A DNA stretch of 64,000 nt. It comes from Eledone cirrhosa. Its lineage: Eukaryota. A program made the position numbers and the translations under genes. Location: positions 112,840,001-112,904,000 of the forward strand of contig OZ024743.1 in the NCBI GenBank assembly GCA_964016885.1, written 5' to 3'. Every line of letters starts with the position of its first letter. The first letter of the stretch is position 1. The notes beneath the pieces are model-generated. The model was not told where the DNA came from, made no database searches, and saw only the letters and a program-made list of their open reading frames with translations. Positions 14,638-30,905 of the stretch are shown here, in pieces.

Positions 14638-14668
14638 CTGAAGAAGGGCTTATGCCCGAAACGTCGTC
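14638..14668 (+). ncRNA. Hammerhead-like core in the PLE 3' UTR
   Basis: CUGAAGA a GGGC uuau GCCC GAAAC guc GUC; stem I pairing not evident. Confidence 0.5.
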
Positions 14669-14752
14669 CTCCACCTACCCCCCACTCTCCTGAGCGTGAA
14701 TCTAATAAACATTTGTCGTACTGCCTCTCTGTTCTGTCCCTGTTCAATTTTT

Positions 14753-14787
<35 letters not shown>

Positions 14788-14790
<3 letters not shown>

Positions 14791-15937
14791 CCATGTGACC
14801 TCTGCGCCGCTGAGGCCCTGGAAATACTCTACGCCACAGACCACATCTTAAACAAAAAATCTGAGGCAATTTCGGCTTGTAAACATAAATTGCACAAAAC
14901 TTTCCTGTATTACAGCCCCACGTTATACCCTAACGGATAGTACGACCTATACGTGGATATTTTACGTCTTGATGGGGGAGCTAAGTATATGTTTTGTTTA
15001 TTCCTTTACTTATTCGCATAGGTAAGTATATACTACCCGTATGTTTTGTGAAGGAAGGTACGTATACCTTCTCGTACGTATATTTGATTGCTATGGCGTA
15101 GAATTTTATATATTCTAGTACATAGGGTTTGGCTATGTGTATACGGGAGTTTTTGCGTCTGTGTGATTGTGTAGGTTCGTACGTATGGTGGGTGTGTGTA
15201 TATGTGTACTTCTTGTTTTAGTTGACTTACGTCTCCGAACATTCGTGTATTTATATGTAGGTATGTGTGTGCGCTTGTTATATACGTATTTATTTATTTA
15301 TATACGTTTATATAATTATTTATTTATTTGTATACACGCATACACACACACACATATTTATATGTGCGTGGTTTTGTATACCTATGGTAAGGTTTTGCGT
15401 ATGCTTGTGTATGTACGTTTTTGTTTGCGTGTATGCATTTATTTATTTATTACTTCTGTATTGTATTTATTTACTTTGTTCTTAACTCTGTAGCGGAGAT
15501 TCATTTGGTCTCCTAGTTAGAATTTTAGTCTACGACTTCTGTTATACCATTTACGTGGTTTTGTCTTTGCGTGCTATTGTTCTCTACGCTCCACATATGA
15601 CGTATTATCTTCGTTTTTTCGTTCATTGTCAGAGAACGTCTCTATGCACCACCTAAGAGAACATTAGTCTACGACCTCTTTTATACCATAAACGTGGTTC
15701 TGTCTTTGCGCGTAAATGTTTTTCACCGCTCCTATTAATGATGTATTATTTGTTTTTTCCCGTTCTTCGCCAGCGAACGTTTCCACGAAACAAAGTATCA
15801 TCTTCCTGTCTTCCTCCGGTCGCAACGTTTTTTGAAATATCCAGTTCTGCGTTTACAGATTGACTTTGTTAGTTTCAGAAGATCCCGTTAAGGGTGAAAG
15901 CAGCGATTCTTTGCTTAAACTTTAATCTGTTATTTTA

Positions 15938-15941
<4 letters not shown>
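14788..15941 (+). mobile_element. 3' fragment of a second PLE family
   Basis: RPCDLCAAEALEIL..ILNKKSEAISACKH resembles the PLE endonuclease C-terminus (CxLC..E..LNKxxE..CxH); degenerate HHR-like core at 15886; AATAAA, then (TA)n. Confidence 0.65.
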
Positions 15942-16017
<76 letters not shown>

Positions 16018-16018
16018 G

Positions 16019-16163
<145 letters not shown>

Positions 16164-16344
16164 GTATATATAGATATAGATAGGTAAATATACACGGGTG
16201 TGTATGATTGTGTATAGAAGATTATATTAATAAGAGGAATTCCAACTTTGTCTGATTTACTCGTTTTATTTACAATCCTTTAAAATATATATAATGGTAT
16301 TATAATGAAATAGTATGATAGAATATTAAATTCTAAGTGTTAAT

Positions 16345-16383
16345 TGAACAAGTACTTTCATGCTTTCGCAATCTTCAGGTTCA
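16345..16383 (-). ncRNA. Minimal type I hammerhead ribozyme motif
   Basis: ugaac CUGAAGA uugc GAAA gcaugaaaguac UU guuca; 5-bp stem I. Confidence 0.6.
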
Positions 16384-16458
16384 TGATATGTGGTGACAGT
16401 CGAGTTTGCAATTTTCAACTGAAATATAATAATCAAAGAACTGTTCAAAACATTTTTA

Positions 16459-16505
16459 TGCTTACAACTGTTTCCTCCAAACCGAGGTTTGGATTCTTCG
16501 GAGCA
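16459..16505 (-). ncRNA. Hammerhead motif, U4C core variant (left arm)
   Basis: Reverse complement of 17988-18034. Confidence 0.65.
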
Positions 16506-16801
16506 ATTTATTAATGAATGAACACTTATATGACCTCCTTTTCACCCAAGAAACATACAGATACATATGCAAATATTGTGGGTCAACACTCATTACAGCA
16601 TTTAGAGTGGCAGCACACACTTAGAGATTACATTCATATTAAAAGATACAATCATCTGATGTTTTTACATTGAGCTACTTAACTTACTGGTAATAAGGTA
16701 GTAATATATTACGGCCTACCACTATTTAGGGTTTGTATAAAAGTATATATAACTGCAAAAGGTTTTTGTATTTACATAACCATAAATAGTATAATTAATA
16801 C

Positions 16802-17125
<324 letters not shown>

Positions 17126-17131
17126 TATATG

Positions 17132-17691
<560 letters not shown>

Positions 17692-17987
17692 GTATTAATT
17701 ATACTATTTATGGTTATGTAAATACAAAAACCTTTTGCAGTTATATATACTTTTATACAAACCCTAAATAGTGGTAGGCCGTAATATATTACTACCTTAT
17801 TACCAGTAAGTTAAGTAGCTCAATGTAAAAACATCAGATGATTGTATCTTTTAATATGAATGTAATCTCTAAGTGTGTGCTGCCACTCTAAATGCTGTAA
17901 TGAGTGTTGACCCACAATATTTGCATATGTATCTGTATGTTTCTTGGGTGAAAAGGAGGTCATATAAGTGTTCATTCATTAATAAAT

Positions 17988-18034
17988 TGCTCCGAAGAAT
18001 CCAAACCTCGGTTTGGAGGAAACAGTTGTAAGCA
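17988..18034 (+). ncRNA. Hammerhead motif, U4C core variant (right arm)
   Basis: ugcu CCGAAGA a UCCAAACC uc GGUUUGGA g GAAA caguug UA agca; stems I, II and III all pair. Confidence 0.65.
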
Positions 18035-18209
18035 TAAAAATGTTTTGAACAGTTCTTTGATTATTATATTTCATATACATATATATATATTTATTAAAAT
18101 AACAGATTAAAGTTTAAGCAAAGAATCGCTGCTTTCACCCTTAACGGGATCTTCTGAAACTAACCTTATCGAGCCCTCTTTGGATTTTAGTCTTCAAATT
18201 TATTATTAT

Positions 18210-18290
<81 letters not shown>

Positions 18291-18471
18291 TGAACAACAC
18301 AAAGTTTAATTACTCCATTACCAAAGGTTTCTGGATCACAGACGATAGTAAAATACGTATGTGTCGGTCGTCAGACAAAGGTGTTACCTGTAGCTCTGTT
18401 CTATACATAGGACACTGTTTTTTCCTTTGCGTTTTCCTTCGGAATTATCTAACAAACACCCCCCCCCTCCC

Positions 18472-18517
<46 letters not shown>

Positions 18518-18530
18518 GATAGATATAGAT

Positions 18531-18859
18531 ATGTTTCTTTATTAGCCACAGGGGCACAAAAGAAGGGGACAAATAGAAAGGGGGAAGTTTACATACAATA
18601 AAAACGTGTAAAATATTATCACAAATGCAATTTAAAAAATTAGTCGATTTTCCCCAATAGAGGGAGACAGTTTATATGGGTAACACATACCCCCCGAAAA
18701 AATGTGCAACCCTCATCTCCAGGAGTACGAAGAGTTTGTACTCCTTTCCTCTCCTCCTCCTTTTCCTCAACCTACAGGCTGATATAGAGAGAAGGCCCAT
18801 TCACTCGGACCATTCTCGCCATTTTCACCCACCTTTCATAAAACTTGCTGGGGTACAGT
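18531..18859 (-). mobile_element. Tx1-like LINE 3' fragment
   Basis: Near-identical to 41911-42238 (3' UTR plus last codons ...VNGPSLYISL*). Confidence 0.9.
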
Positions 18860-18868
18860 AGATATTAT

Positions 18869-18928
<60 letters not shown>

Positions 18929-19058
18929 CATATATGTCTATATATATATGTGTTTCTATGTGTGCATTAGCTTAACTGAGTGTGTGTATGAGTGTGTGCT
19001 TGTTTGCATGATTGCGTCTGCTTGTGTGTATGTGTGCGTGTTTGCATGTGTGCGTCTG

Positions 19059-19100
<42 letters not shown>

Positions 19101-19917
19101 CGTGCGTCTGCTTGTGTGTATGTGAGTGTGTTTGTATGCGTGCGTCTGCGTGTGTGTGTGTGTGTATGAATGTACGCGTGTGTTTGCTTGTGTGTATGTG
19201 GTGTGTGTATGTGTGTATGTGTATGCGTGCGTCTGCTTGTGTGTATGTGTGCGTCTTTGCACGCGTGCGTCTCCCTGTGTGTGTGTATGCGTACGTCTAC
19301 GTGTGTGTATGCGTGCGTGTTTGTACGCATACATCAGCTTGTGTGTATGTGTATGTGTGCGTGTGTATGCGTGCGTTTGCTTAAGTGTGAGTGTGTGCGC
19401 GTGTGTGTGTGTGTGTGTGTACGTGTGTGTGTGTGTGTGTGTATGTATATATGTGTGTAGCACATGTTCCACAACATTAGACAATATCTAGATGTCTAGT
19501 TACAAGTCAATATGACGCCACATGTACTTTTACACCACCACTTCTAATGTTTTTCATTTGAACTTCATTCGTCACTGCAATCGTCTTTTTGATCAACCTA
19601 TTACGCTTTCCAATTTGACTCGCCGCAAGCAGTGAAAGTAATGAAGCGTTTACGGTGTTTAATGCATTGCTGCGTTCTTGTATACAGAGTGTAAGAGTTA
19701 GAAGATTATCCATGATTTTAATGAACAACATCAGAATGTATTATACTATTATATTTAAGTAAAAGAAAAAAAAATTAGGTATATTAAAAAACTAAAATGA
19801 GCTAGACCAGACGCCAAGATTGTGGCATGATTGTTAAAAAGTAGTTATTTATTTCTATGGCTAATTTATCTAGTATACCTGGTAAAGACCAAATACTGTT
19901 AAAATTCGAAATATATA

Positions 19918-20088
<171 letters not shown>

Positions 20089-20439
20089 AGTCTTGTGCTT
20101 ATCGACCTTACCGGATATAAACGTAAACGGACAGGTGTACAAGCACACACGTACACACAGATTGCATGAATTGATTAGAGAATTATATATTCGCTATTAC
20201 CAGAACAGTAGATCTTTGTGACAAGTCATGAAGTTCGACTAGGTTTAATGTTGTGATTCCTAATACCGACCATTTTCGTTGTTATTGCGCCGAAATTATT
20301 GTTTGTTAAGGGCCGAAATTCTTGTTTGATAGGCTGGTTCTTCTCTGAAGACCTTCTGCTGTCCAACTCTTCTTAAAGTTTCTTACCACTTATTATTTTG
20401 TTACGATTGCTTATTCAAACTATTTTCGTTGTTATTATT

Positions 20440-21198
20440 ACGGATTGGCAGTATCGGTAGAGGGTCGGACGCCATGTTTACAACATAGAGTTACGGTCCT
20501 TTACAGTCTGAGTTCAAATCCCGCCGAGGTTAACTTTGCCTTTCATCCTTACGGGGTCGATAAAATAAAGCACCAGTAACGTACTGGGGTCGATTTAATC
20601 GATTTTCCCCTCCCCAAAATTGCTGGCATTGTGCCTATATAAGAAACCATTATTACGGATTGGCAGTATCGGTAGAGGGTCGGACGCCATGCTTGCAGCA
20701 AAAGAATTACGGCCCTTTGTGGTCTGAGTTCAAATCCCGTTGAGGTTAACTTTGCCTTTCATCTTTACGGGGTCGATAAAATAAGGTACCAGTAATACAC
20801 TGGGATAATTGCTGGCCTTGTGCCAACGTGGAAACAATTATTACAGGAGTTGTTAGGGCGGTGGATTGGCAGTATCGGTAGCGAGTCGGACACCATGATT
20901 TGCAGTATAGAGTTATGGTCCTTTACGGTCTGAGTTCAAATCCCGCCGATGTTAACTTTACCTTTCATCCTTACGGGTTCGATAAAATAAAGTACCAGTA
21001 ACGTACTGGGATCAATTTAATCGACTTCCCCTCCCCCCAAATTACTGGCCTTGCGCCTATACTAGAAATCATTATGGGCAGTATTGGTAGAGAGTCGGAC
21101 GCCATGCTTTGCCTTTCATCCTAACGGGGTCTATAAAATAAAGTACCAGTAATGTAGTGGATAATTGCTGGCCTTGTGTCAAAAGTAGAAACAATTAT
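20440..21198 (+). mobile_element. Tandem cluster of four SINE family 1 copies
   Basis: Repeated GGATTGGCAGTATCGGTAG...GAGTTCAAATCCCG...GTCGATAAAATAA units starting near 20440, 20656, 20857 and 21075 (the last internally deleted). Confidence 0.88.
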
Positions 21199-21696
21199 TA
21201 CAGGTGTACTATTATTGGTGTTGTTGCTATTTTGTTGTGATTGCTTATACGAGCCTTTTCCTTGCTCTTGATACTGTTCCCTTTGTAGAGTTACTGGTTC
21301 TTCTTCCGATTGTTAATTCCACGGCGACGTTGCTATTGCTACTGTAGTCGTTCTGTTCTTGTATTGTGGCGATTGCGAATTTTCTTTGTTGTGGAGATTG
21401 TAATTCCGAAATTGTCCTTTCTGATATTGCTATTCATGTCACTGTTTTGTTACAGCGGTTACTGTTGTTACAGTTGTTGATGAAAACGGGAAAATAAGAG
21501 AGAGAACAAGCCATAGACGGGATGTAAAAGAAGGTGAGGTAGCAGAAGTGAAGTTGTTTCTAATGCGGCCTTGTTGAAAGACAATGGAGGACAAAATAGT
21601 TTACACAAACCTCTCTCTTTTCCTTCTCTCTTCTCTATTTCTCCCTCTACCTAACTGTCGATCTATCAATCTTTTATCTAGTGACCTATATGTACG

Positions 21697-21827
<131 letters not shown>

Positions 21828-21856
21828 TATGTGTGTGGGTATGTATATATATATCT

Positions 21857-21895
<39 letters not shown>

Positions 21896-21949
21896 TATGT
21901 GTGTGGGTATTTATATATATATCTATACATATATATATATGTGTGTGTG

Positions 21950-21985
<36 letters not shown>

Positions 21986-22015
21986 CACACACATACATGC
22001 ACACATTATAAATAC

Positions 22016-22049
<34 letters not shown>

Positions 22050-22245
22050 TATGTGTCGGAGGGGTGTTTGTGTGTGTATTATATATATATATAATATATA
22101 TATATATATACACACATACATACATATAGCCGGAAGTAACGTGTCCTCCAGATTGCCAGATTCATTTCAGTATTCAACCCCCTAAGCTAAAACCACTACT
22201 TATAAAGCAATTGAATCCGCATCGCTCCGTTATCATACACACATA

Positions 22246-22308
<63 letters not shown>

Positions 22309-22368
22309 CTGAATGTGTGTGTGTGTATGTGTGTGTGTGCGTATGTACATATATATACATATATATAC

Positions 22369-22408
<40 letters not shown>

Positions 22409-22425
22409 GTATCTACGTATGTATA

Positions 22426-22479
<54 letters not shown>

Positions 22480-22480
22480 C

Positions 22481-22523
<43 letters not shown>

Positions 22524-22664
22524 TATATACATATATATATATATATACATACACAGACATACACTCACACGCACACATATATATGTGTATATGCATATAT
22601 TATATATATATATGATATATTTATATATATATATATATATGTACATATATATATATATATAGAC

Positions 22665-22699
<35 letters not shown>

Positions 22700-22720
22700 G
22701 ACATATATATATATATATAC

Positions 22721-22758
<38 letters not shown>

Positions 22759-22797
22759 CATATATATATAAATATATAGATATCTATAATACGTACG

Positions 22798-22849
<52 letters not shown>

Positions 22850-23672
22850 CATAAATATCTATAATACGTACGTATGTATACACATATATATATGTGGGTG
22901 TGTGTATATATGTTTATGTGTATATATATAGAGAGAGAGAGTGAGGGGAAAATTTAATAGTATATGTATGCCGATGGCTTACGTATACACACCTAAATAT
23001 CGAGAGCATAATCCTATATATATATATATGTGTATATATCTGTGTGTGTGTGTATGTGTGTGTGTATGCGTATGCTGGTGAGAGTGTGGTGTGTGAATTT
23101 ATACGTATACATGGACAATGTATGCATACTGTTATTATTGAAGTTGTCGTTTTTGATGACTGCTTTTTTTTTTCTTTAGGTTTTGTGGTTTTGAACTTTT
23201 TTTTATTCTATTTTTTTTAATATTTAATACTTTGTTTTGTTTTGTTTTATTTCATTTATTATTCTTTTTTTTTCTTGTCTGTTGTTGTTTTTGTTTTTGA
23301 CTGTATTCAATATAGTGACAATGCGTCGCGTTCTAGCTTAATCACTTGTGAAAAATAGAAGAAAATGAATTGAGCAGGAAAGAATTACTTCAATATTGAG
23401 ACTACACAGCAAATAACATAAATTCGATTCCTTGCTTCAAAGGAAACACTGATGTCTATATTATCTGGAAATTTCACATCTCTCTCTCTCTCTCTCTCCC
23501 TCTCTATCTATCTATCTATCTATCTATCTCTCTCTCTCTCTCGCTCGCACTCTCTTCGTTCTCTCTCTCTCTCTCGCTCGTTCTCTCCTCATCTCCTCCT
23601 CTCTCTCTCTCTCTCTCCATCTCTCTCTCTCTCGCTCTCTCGCTCTCCCTCGCTCTTTCTCGCTCTCTCTCG

Positions 23673-23718
<46 letters not shown>

Positions 23719-23792
23719 ATACATATATATATATTATATATATATATCTTTCTTCCTCATTCTCCATCCGTCTCTCTTTCTCTTGCATACAC

Positions 23793-23848
<56 letters not shown>

Positions 23849-23983
23849 CTTTTTTCGCTTTCTCGCTGTTGTCTGTTTAACTCTTTTATCTGTTTAGTGC
23901 AGATTTGTGTATGTACGTAGTAAACATTCATTTGAGTACATCATATGTGTGTATATATATATATTTGTGGGTGTGTATGTGTG

Positions 23984-24020
<37 letters not shown>

Positions 24021-24048
24021 GTATATATGTATACATATGTATATATGT

Positions 24049-24087
<39 letters not shown>

Positions 24088-24166
24088 TATATGTACATAA
24101 ATAAATATATATATATATATATGCATATATATGTATATATATATATATGTGTGTGTGTGTGTATAC

Positions 24167-24262
<96 letters not shown>

Positions 24263-24469
24263 GTATATATGTATTATACAGATTTATTATTTTATTATAG
24301 AAATTACTTTTACGGGACTAGAATTATTTCCAACCTCCTCTATAAAGGGATCTCCCCTGGAGCCACGACAAAAGAGCCCACTCTGAACTATATGCTCATG
24401 AAGGTTTCACGACAAAAAACACCCAGTCCTCGCTGTAAAGTGGTCGTGTAAGCGACATGGCAAAAATCA

Positions 24470-24690
24470 CGCCAGTGATTGGTGTTAGGAAGGGCATTCA
24501 GTGATAGAAACCAAGCCAAAATCAGTTCTATGTGAGTGAATCAGGGTTCCACGACATGATCCCTCACAAAAGGACAGCTCGTCCTACCAATGCTAACGTG
24601 GAAGATGGACATCAAATGATGATGATGAATGAAGATGATGATGAAGTTGATGATGATGATGATGATGATGTTGATGATGATGATAATGAT
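24470..24690 (+). mobile_element. SINE 3' fragment with Meta-domain-like motif and (GAT)n tail
   Basis: GGTGTTAGGAAGGGCATTCAG..GATAGAAAC...GGACATCAAATGATGATG. Confidence 0.5.
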
Positions 24691-24956
24691 AAATATGTTA
24701 AGCTAAACAATATATTGTAATATTTCGGGTTGGCCATTTTGCGAATTTTGCCAATAAAAACACATGTACTATTTGATTTTCACTGCATCTTTATTATTAG
24801 TTATTAATTAGTTCATCAAAGCTCTTTCATCACACATTCTGTGACCTTATCAAAGACATTTGTAGAAGGAGAAGGACTACTGTAGAGGGCGAGGACTGTA
24901 GAGGGAGAAGACCTACTGTAGAGGGGGAGGACTGTAGAGGGAGGAAGACTACTGTA

Positions 24957-25080
24957 AAGAAGAAGAAGAAGAAGAAGAAGAAGAAGAAGAAGAAGAAGAA
25001 GAAGAAGAAGAAGAAGAAGAAGAAGAAGAAGAAGAAGAAGAAGAAGAAGAAGAGGAGGAGGAGGAGAAGAAGAAAGATGA
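24957..25080 (+). repeat. (GAA)n microsatellite, preceded by a short ~30-bp tandem repeat
   Basis: Direct reading. Confidence 0.95.
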
Positions 25081-25402
25081 GGAGGGGAGGAGAAGGAGTG
25101 TTATGACCTATAGGAACTAACACTCTCCCATCCCCTCTGGCTTTCGGCTGACTGCCACAGTCGGGATGGGTAGCAGTAAACTGTGGTACGAGCCATTGTG
25201 TGGCTGAGAGGGTGACCTGACTAAGCGTGAAATCTGCGGTAGCTAATGGTCAACTTCCTTCGGACATGCGCATGCGCAGACCAGTGGGGATTAATTGGTA
25301 CTCACGGGGGAACGGGTGAGAAAGCCAAAAGCACGCATTTCATCCGTTCCCATGTCGATTCAATTTGGATTGCCTCGGAAACATAACCTTATTATGTAAC
25401 AA

Positions 25403-25476
25403 GCTGTCTGATGATGTCACGACACTCGCACACAGAACAGTGTGGCCAGTATCGCCATTGAAATATATATCACAGC
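25403..25476 (+). ncRNA. Type I hammerhead with extended stem II
   Basis: gcugu CUGAUGA [~45-nt hairpin] GAAA uauaua UC acagc. Confidence 0.7.
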
Positions 25477-25494
25477 ATTATTATTAAAGGACTT

Positions 25495-25679
25495 AGGCGG
25501 TGGATTGGCAGTATCGGTAGAGGGTCGGACGCCATGCTTTCCAGCATAGTTACGTCCCTTTACGATCCGAGTTCAAATCCCGCCGAGGTTAACTTTGCCT
25601 TTCATCCTTACGGGGTCGATAAAATAAAGTACCAGTAATGCACTGGGTAATTGCTGGCCTTGTGCCTAAAGTAGAAACA
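25495..25679 (+). mobile_element. SINE family 1 with an 18-bp target-site duplication
   Basis: attattattaaaggactt at 25477-25494 and 25680-25697; paralogous empty site at ~58893-58910. Confidence 0.93.
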
Positions 25680-25809
25680 ATTATTATTAAAGGACTTGAA
25701 CATCTGAAACTACTTCGCTTTTCCTTATTCGATATTTAGTCCGTCACTCCTATGTGGAAAAAGTACGTTGAATTGTGCTTGAATTGAATTGCATCAATGT
25801 TTACCCTAA

Positions 25810-25848
<39 letters not shown>

Positions 25849-26002
25849 TGTAATATAATATAATATATATATAAGCAAAGGGATATTTAATTTGTTGGTA
25901 ATTCAACAAATATATATATTTATAACTGATTCAAAGCACTCGACATGTTTTCTGGAGTATAATATCAATGAAATGGAAACTATATTTATAAAACCCTATT
26001 TA

Positions 26003-26059
26003 TTCTATTATGTATATTTCAAGGGTACCAAAACTTTGGTACGCTCTCCTCAGATAAAA
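26003..26059 (-). ncRNA. Type I hammerhead ribozyme motif (left arm)
   Basis: uuuuau CUGAGGA gagc-guacc..gguac-ccuu GAAA uauaca UA auagaa. Confidence 0.72.
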
Positions 26060-26199
26060 TACAAAGTTTGTTTTATAAATATTGACATATTCAGGAACGA
26101 GATCTTAACGGTTCAAGTTTTACTTGACTATCCGGGTAAAATTTGAACCGTTAAGATCTCGTTCCTGGATATGTCAATATTTATAAAACAAACTTTGTA

Positions 26200-26256
26200 T
26201 TTTATCTGATGAGGGCGTACCAAAGTTTTCGTACCCTTGAAATATATATAATAGAA
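26200..26256 (+). ncRNA. Type I hammerhead ribozyme motif (right arm)
   Basis: uuuuau CUGAUGA gggc-guac..guac-ccuu GAAA uauaua UA auagaa; 6-bp stem I, palindromic stem III, then AATAAA. Confidence 0.78.
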
Positions 26257-26300
26257 TAAATAGGGTTTTATAAATATAGTTTCCATTTATTAATATCATT

Positions 26301-26354
<54 letters not shown>

Positions 26355-26443
26355 TATATTATATTACAATATATATATATATATATGCGCGTGTGTGTGT
26401 GTATATATGTATGTATATATATATTTATATATTTATATATATG

Positions 26444-26488
<45 letters not shown>

Positions 26489-27003
26489 TGATAATATGTA
26501 ACCCAGTACAACCTGTCACATGGTCGAGTCGTCGGCGACTAAACCGGCAACTCCGCCAAGTTTGCTTGGAGAGGAGGGTGATATTTGGACACGTCACGGG
26601 ATGAAATACAAGACCAGGCAAAGGGCGGAAGAACTCAGAAAAGTCAATGGCCATCCAGATAGTACTTTTTTCTTACCTGGATGTGAAAGGCCCCTAGTTG
26701 TTATCACCACACCTTTCTAGGAGATGGAAACTCTGAAAAAAATCTGCGGCTTCAGAAGCATCCGATGATGTTCACCAGTTCTCCTTTTCGGCTAGTGTTT
26801 TCGATGCTCAGAGAGTGGGATTGGTCGCGTGCAAGGCATTTCTCCACTTAAAAAAAACTTCAAAGCACAGGCATTGTTTGTTCAGGATATGTTAGAGGTT
26901 TGTGTGGTTGGCCGTAGCCTAAAAGTGCACCAAACTCTTATCTGACAACCGATTGCAGTACTCTTTGCAGAGTATACATATATATATAGACATGCATTTA
27001 GTG

Positions 27004-27125
27004 AAGGCGTGTGGCTGAGTGGTTAGAGAATTGGATTCGCAAGCGTAAGGTTGTGAGTTCAATTCCTCGACCAGGCGATGCGTTATGTCCTTGAGCAAGA
27101 CACTTTATTTCACGTTGCTCCTTCT
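27004..27125 (+). mobile_element. tRNA-derived SINE family 2
   Basis: A box TGGCTGAGTGG, B box GAGTTCAATTCC, TGTCCTTGAGCAAGACACTT motif. Confidence 0.75.
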
Positions 27126-27593
27126 ACCTGGAGTTGCGACCGATAGATAGTATTAGCAATTGGAAAGACCAACGGAAACATTGTTCCCTCGGTCCGATTT
27201 GACGAAAGTCGATCGTCTTCTATAGACATGCATATGCATACATATATTTATACATATATATGCACCTACATATATATATGTATATACGCAGAAATACATG
27301 TTTTTAAGTACGTCTGCTTGCAAATGTATATATAAATGTGTGTGTGTGAGAGAGAGAAAAAGAGAGAGAGAGAGGGGGGAAGAGAGAGAGACTGAGTAAG
27401 TGTGTGTGTATTTGTGTGAATTATACAAAATAACTGTCAAGCTTAAACCATTTCTTGTACACTTGATACATATTGCATACATTAGTTTAAACTCTTGTGA
27501 TCATGTGTGGGCGTATATTATTTTTTGTATAGATGATATAACTTATATATAACTATGTATACCTACTTGCGTGTGTACACATTCTTTTCTGAG

Positions 27594-27637
<44 letters not shown>

Positions 27638-27838
27638 TGTTTAAATGTGCTCATGCATCTACATATATTTCTGTTCTTACATATATATTTTGCATATTCG
27701 TGTATCAGTCCATGTGGTGTACATGTGTATATATGAGTATATAAGGTGAACGTGTGTACGTGTAATGTGTATAAGTTCGGGATAGGATACATATAGATAT
27801 GAATCATATATATATATGTATATATATATATATATGTG

Positions 27839-27870
<32 letters not shown>

Positions 27871-28028
27871 AACTGAAGAAGTTCAGTATGAACCACCTTA
27901 GAGTATCTCCTGACCAAGATTGAACCCCAGACCAGAACCTCCACCATCTCTGTTATCTCCCACCAGACCACCATGATGATTTCTCAAGAATGAAACAGCT
28001 CTAGTCCTGTAGAATCTCATCTCTCTCT

Positions 28029-29898
<1,870 letters not shown>

Positions 29899-30098
29899 NN
29901 NNNNNNNNNNNNNNNNNNNNNNNNNNNNNNNNNNNNNNNNNNNNNNNNNNNNNNNNNNNNNNNNNNNNNNNNNNNNNNNNNNNNNNNNNNNNNNNNNNNN
30001 NNNNNNNNNNNNNNNNNNNNNNNNNNNNNNNNNNNNNNNNNNNNNNNNNNNNNNNNNNNNNNNNNNNNNNNNNNNNNNNNNNNNNNNNNNNNNNNNNN
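29899..30098. other. Assembly gap (200 N)
   Basis: Run of N. Confidence 1.
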
Positions 30099-30331
30099 TA
30101 GGTGAAAAAGATGGAAGAACAAGGGAGCACCCTCTGTCTGTGCTCCTGAGGAGAAGGGTTGCATACTTTTTCGGGGGTGTGTTCGACCCCTAAAACGCCT
30201 CCTCCCTATTGAGGACTTTATTGTTAATCTTATATTTGTTATTTGTTTTTGTTTACTCGTTCTTTTGTGTAAACTTCTCCCTTTGTATTTGCCCCTTTCT
30301 TTTGCGCCCTCGTGGCAATAAATAGAAACAT
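30099..30331 (+). mobile_element. Tx1-like LINE 3' UTR on the + strand, followed by (TATC)n
   Basis: Reverse-complement homology to 5092-5360; 'ggcaataaatagaaacatatctatct'. Confidence 0.8.
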
Positions 30332-30839
30332 ATCTATCTATCTATCAATATCTATCAATCTATCTATTTATCTATCAATCTATCTATCTATCTATCAATC
30401 TATCTATCTATCTATCTATCTATCTATTAATCTATCTATTAATCTATCTATCTATTAATCTATCTATCTATCTATTAATCTATCTATCTATCTAACTAGC
30501 TGTATGTATGTCAGTACCATATTATATTTTAAACTGTTCCTCAATCTTCCTTTTATTTGTTAATGGGTGGTGGAGTGTCTGTGGGTATGTGTAATGGCGT
30601 GTAATAGTTTGTGTGTGAAAAAGAGTGTATGCTTACATTTGTGAGAGAGGGTGTTTGCGTGTGTGTGTGTGTATAATCGTATAAGTGTTTATTTGTGTGT
30701 GTATGTCTGTATGCATGTTTATAGAAGGGTGCCTGTGCTGGTGATTTCGTTTGTGTGTGCATGTGTTTGTGTAAAGTGGTGTATATATGTAAGCCTACGT
30801 GTTATTGGCACGTCAGTCCATGTGTGTGTGGGGGGAGGG

Positions 30840-30905
<66 letters not shown>

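Larger units (their letters stand above)
11930..14755 (+). mobile_element. 5'-truncated Penelope-like element (RT + GIY-YIG) with long C-rich 3' UTR/pLTR, inserted in (TA)n
   Basis: RT: [38 protein letters not shown]; GIY-YIG at ~12965-13250 (CTSSNLVYGLRCTRCSATYVGQTGRRLADRVTEH); HHR-like core at 14638; AATAAA; (TA)n on both sides. Confidence 0.92.
25326..25808 (+). mobile_element. HHR-bearing non-coding element (same family as 58437-58946), interrupted by a SINE
   Basis: Homologous to 58741-58946 and to the reverse complement of 58437-58718. Confidence 0.8.
25973..26286. repeat. Foldback hairpin with ~155-bp arms carrying two outward-facing hammerheads
   Basis: Arms mirror around ~26130 ('ttttacttgactatccgggtaaaa'). 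Confidence 0.92.

Noticed and set aside
15886-15915. CAGAAGA-uccc-guuaa-gggu-GAAA motif (also CAGAUGA at 29283)
   Set aside because: U4 is changed to A and stems I/III do not pair; treated as degenerate, not a functional HHR.
20440-21198. Regularly spaced repeats resembling a CRISPR array
   Set aside because: ~200-bp tandem SINE copies in eukaryotic DNA; no unique spacers or cas genes.
27004-27075. tRNA-like sequences in SINE heads
   Set aside because: A/B boxes are present but there is no intact cloverleaf; they continue into SINE bodies.
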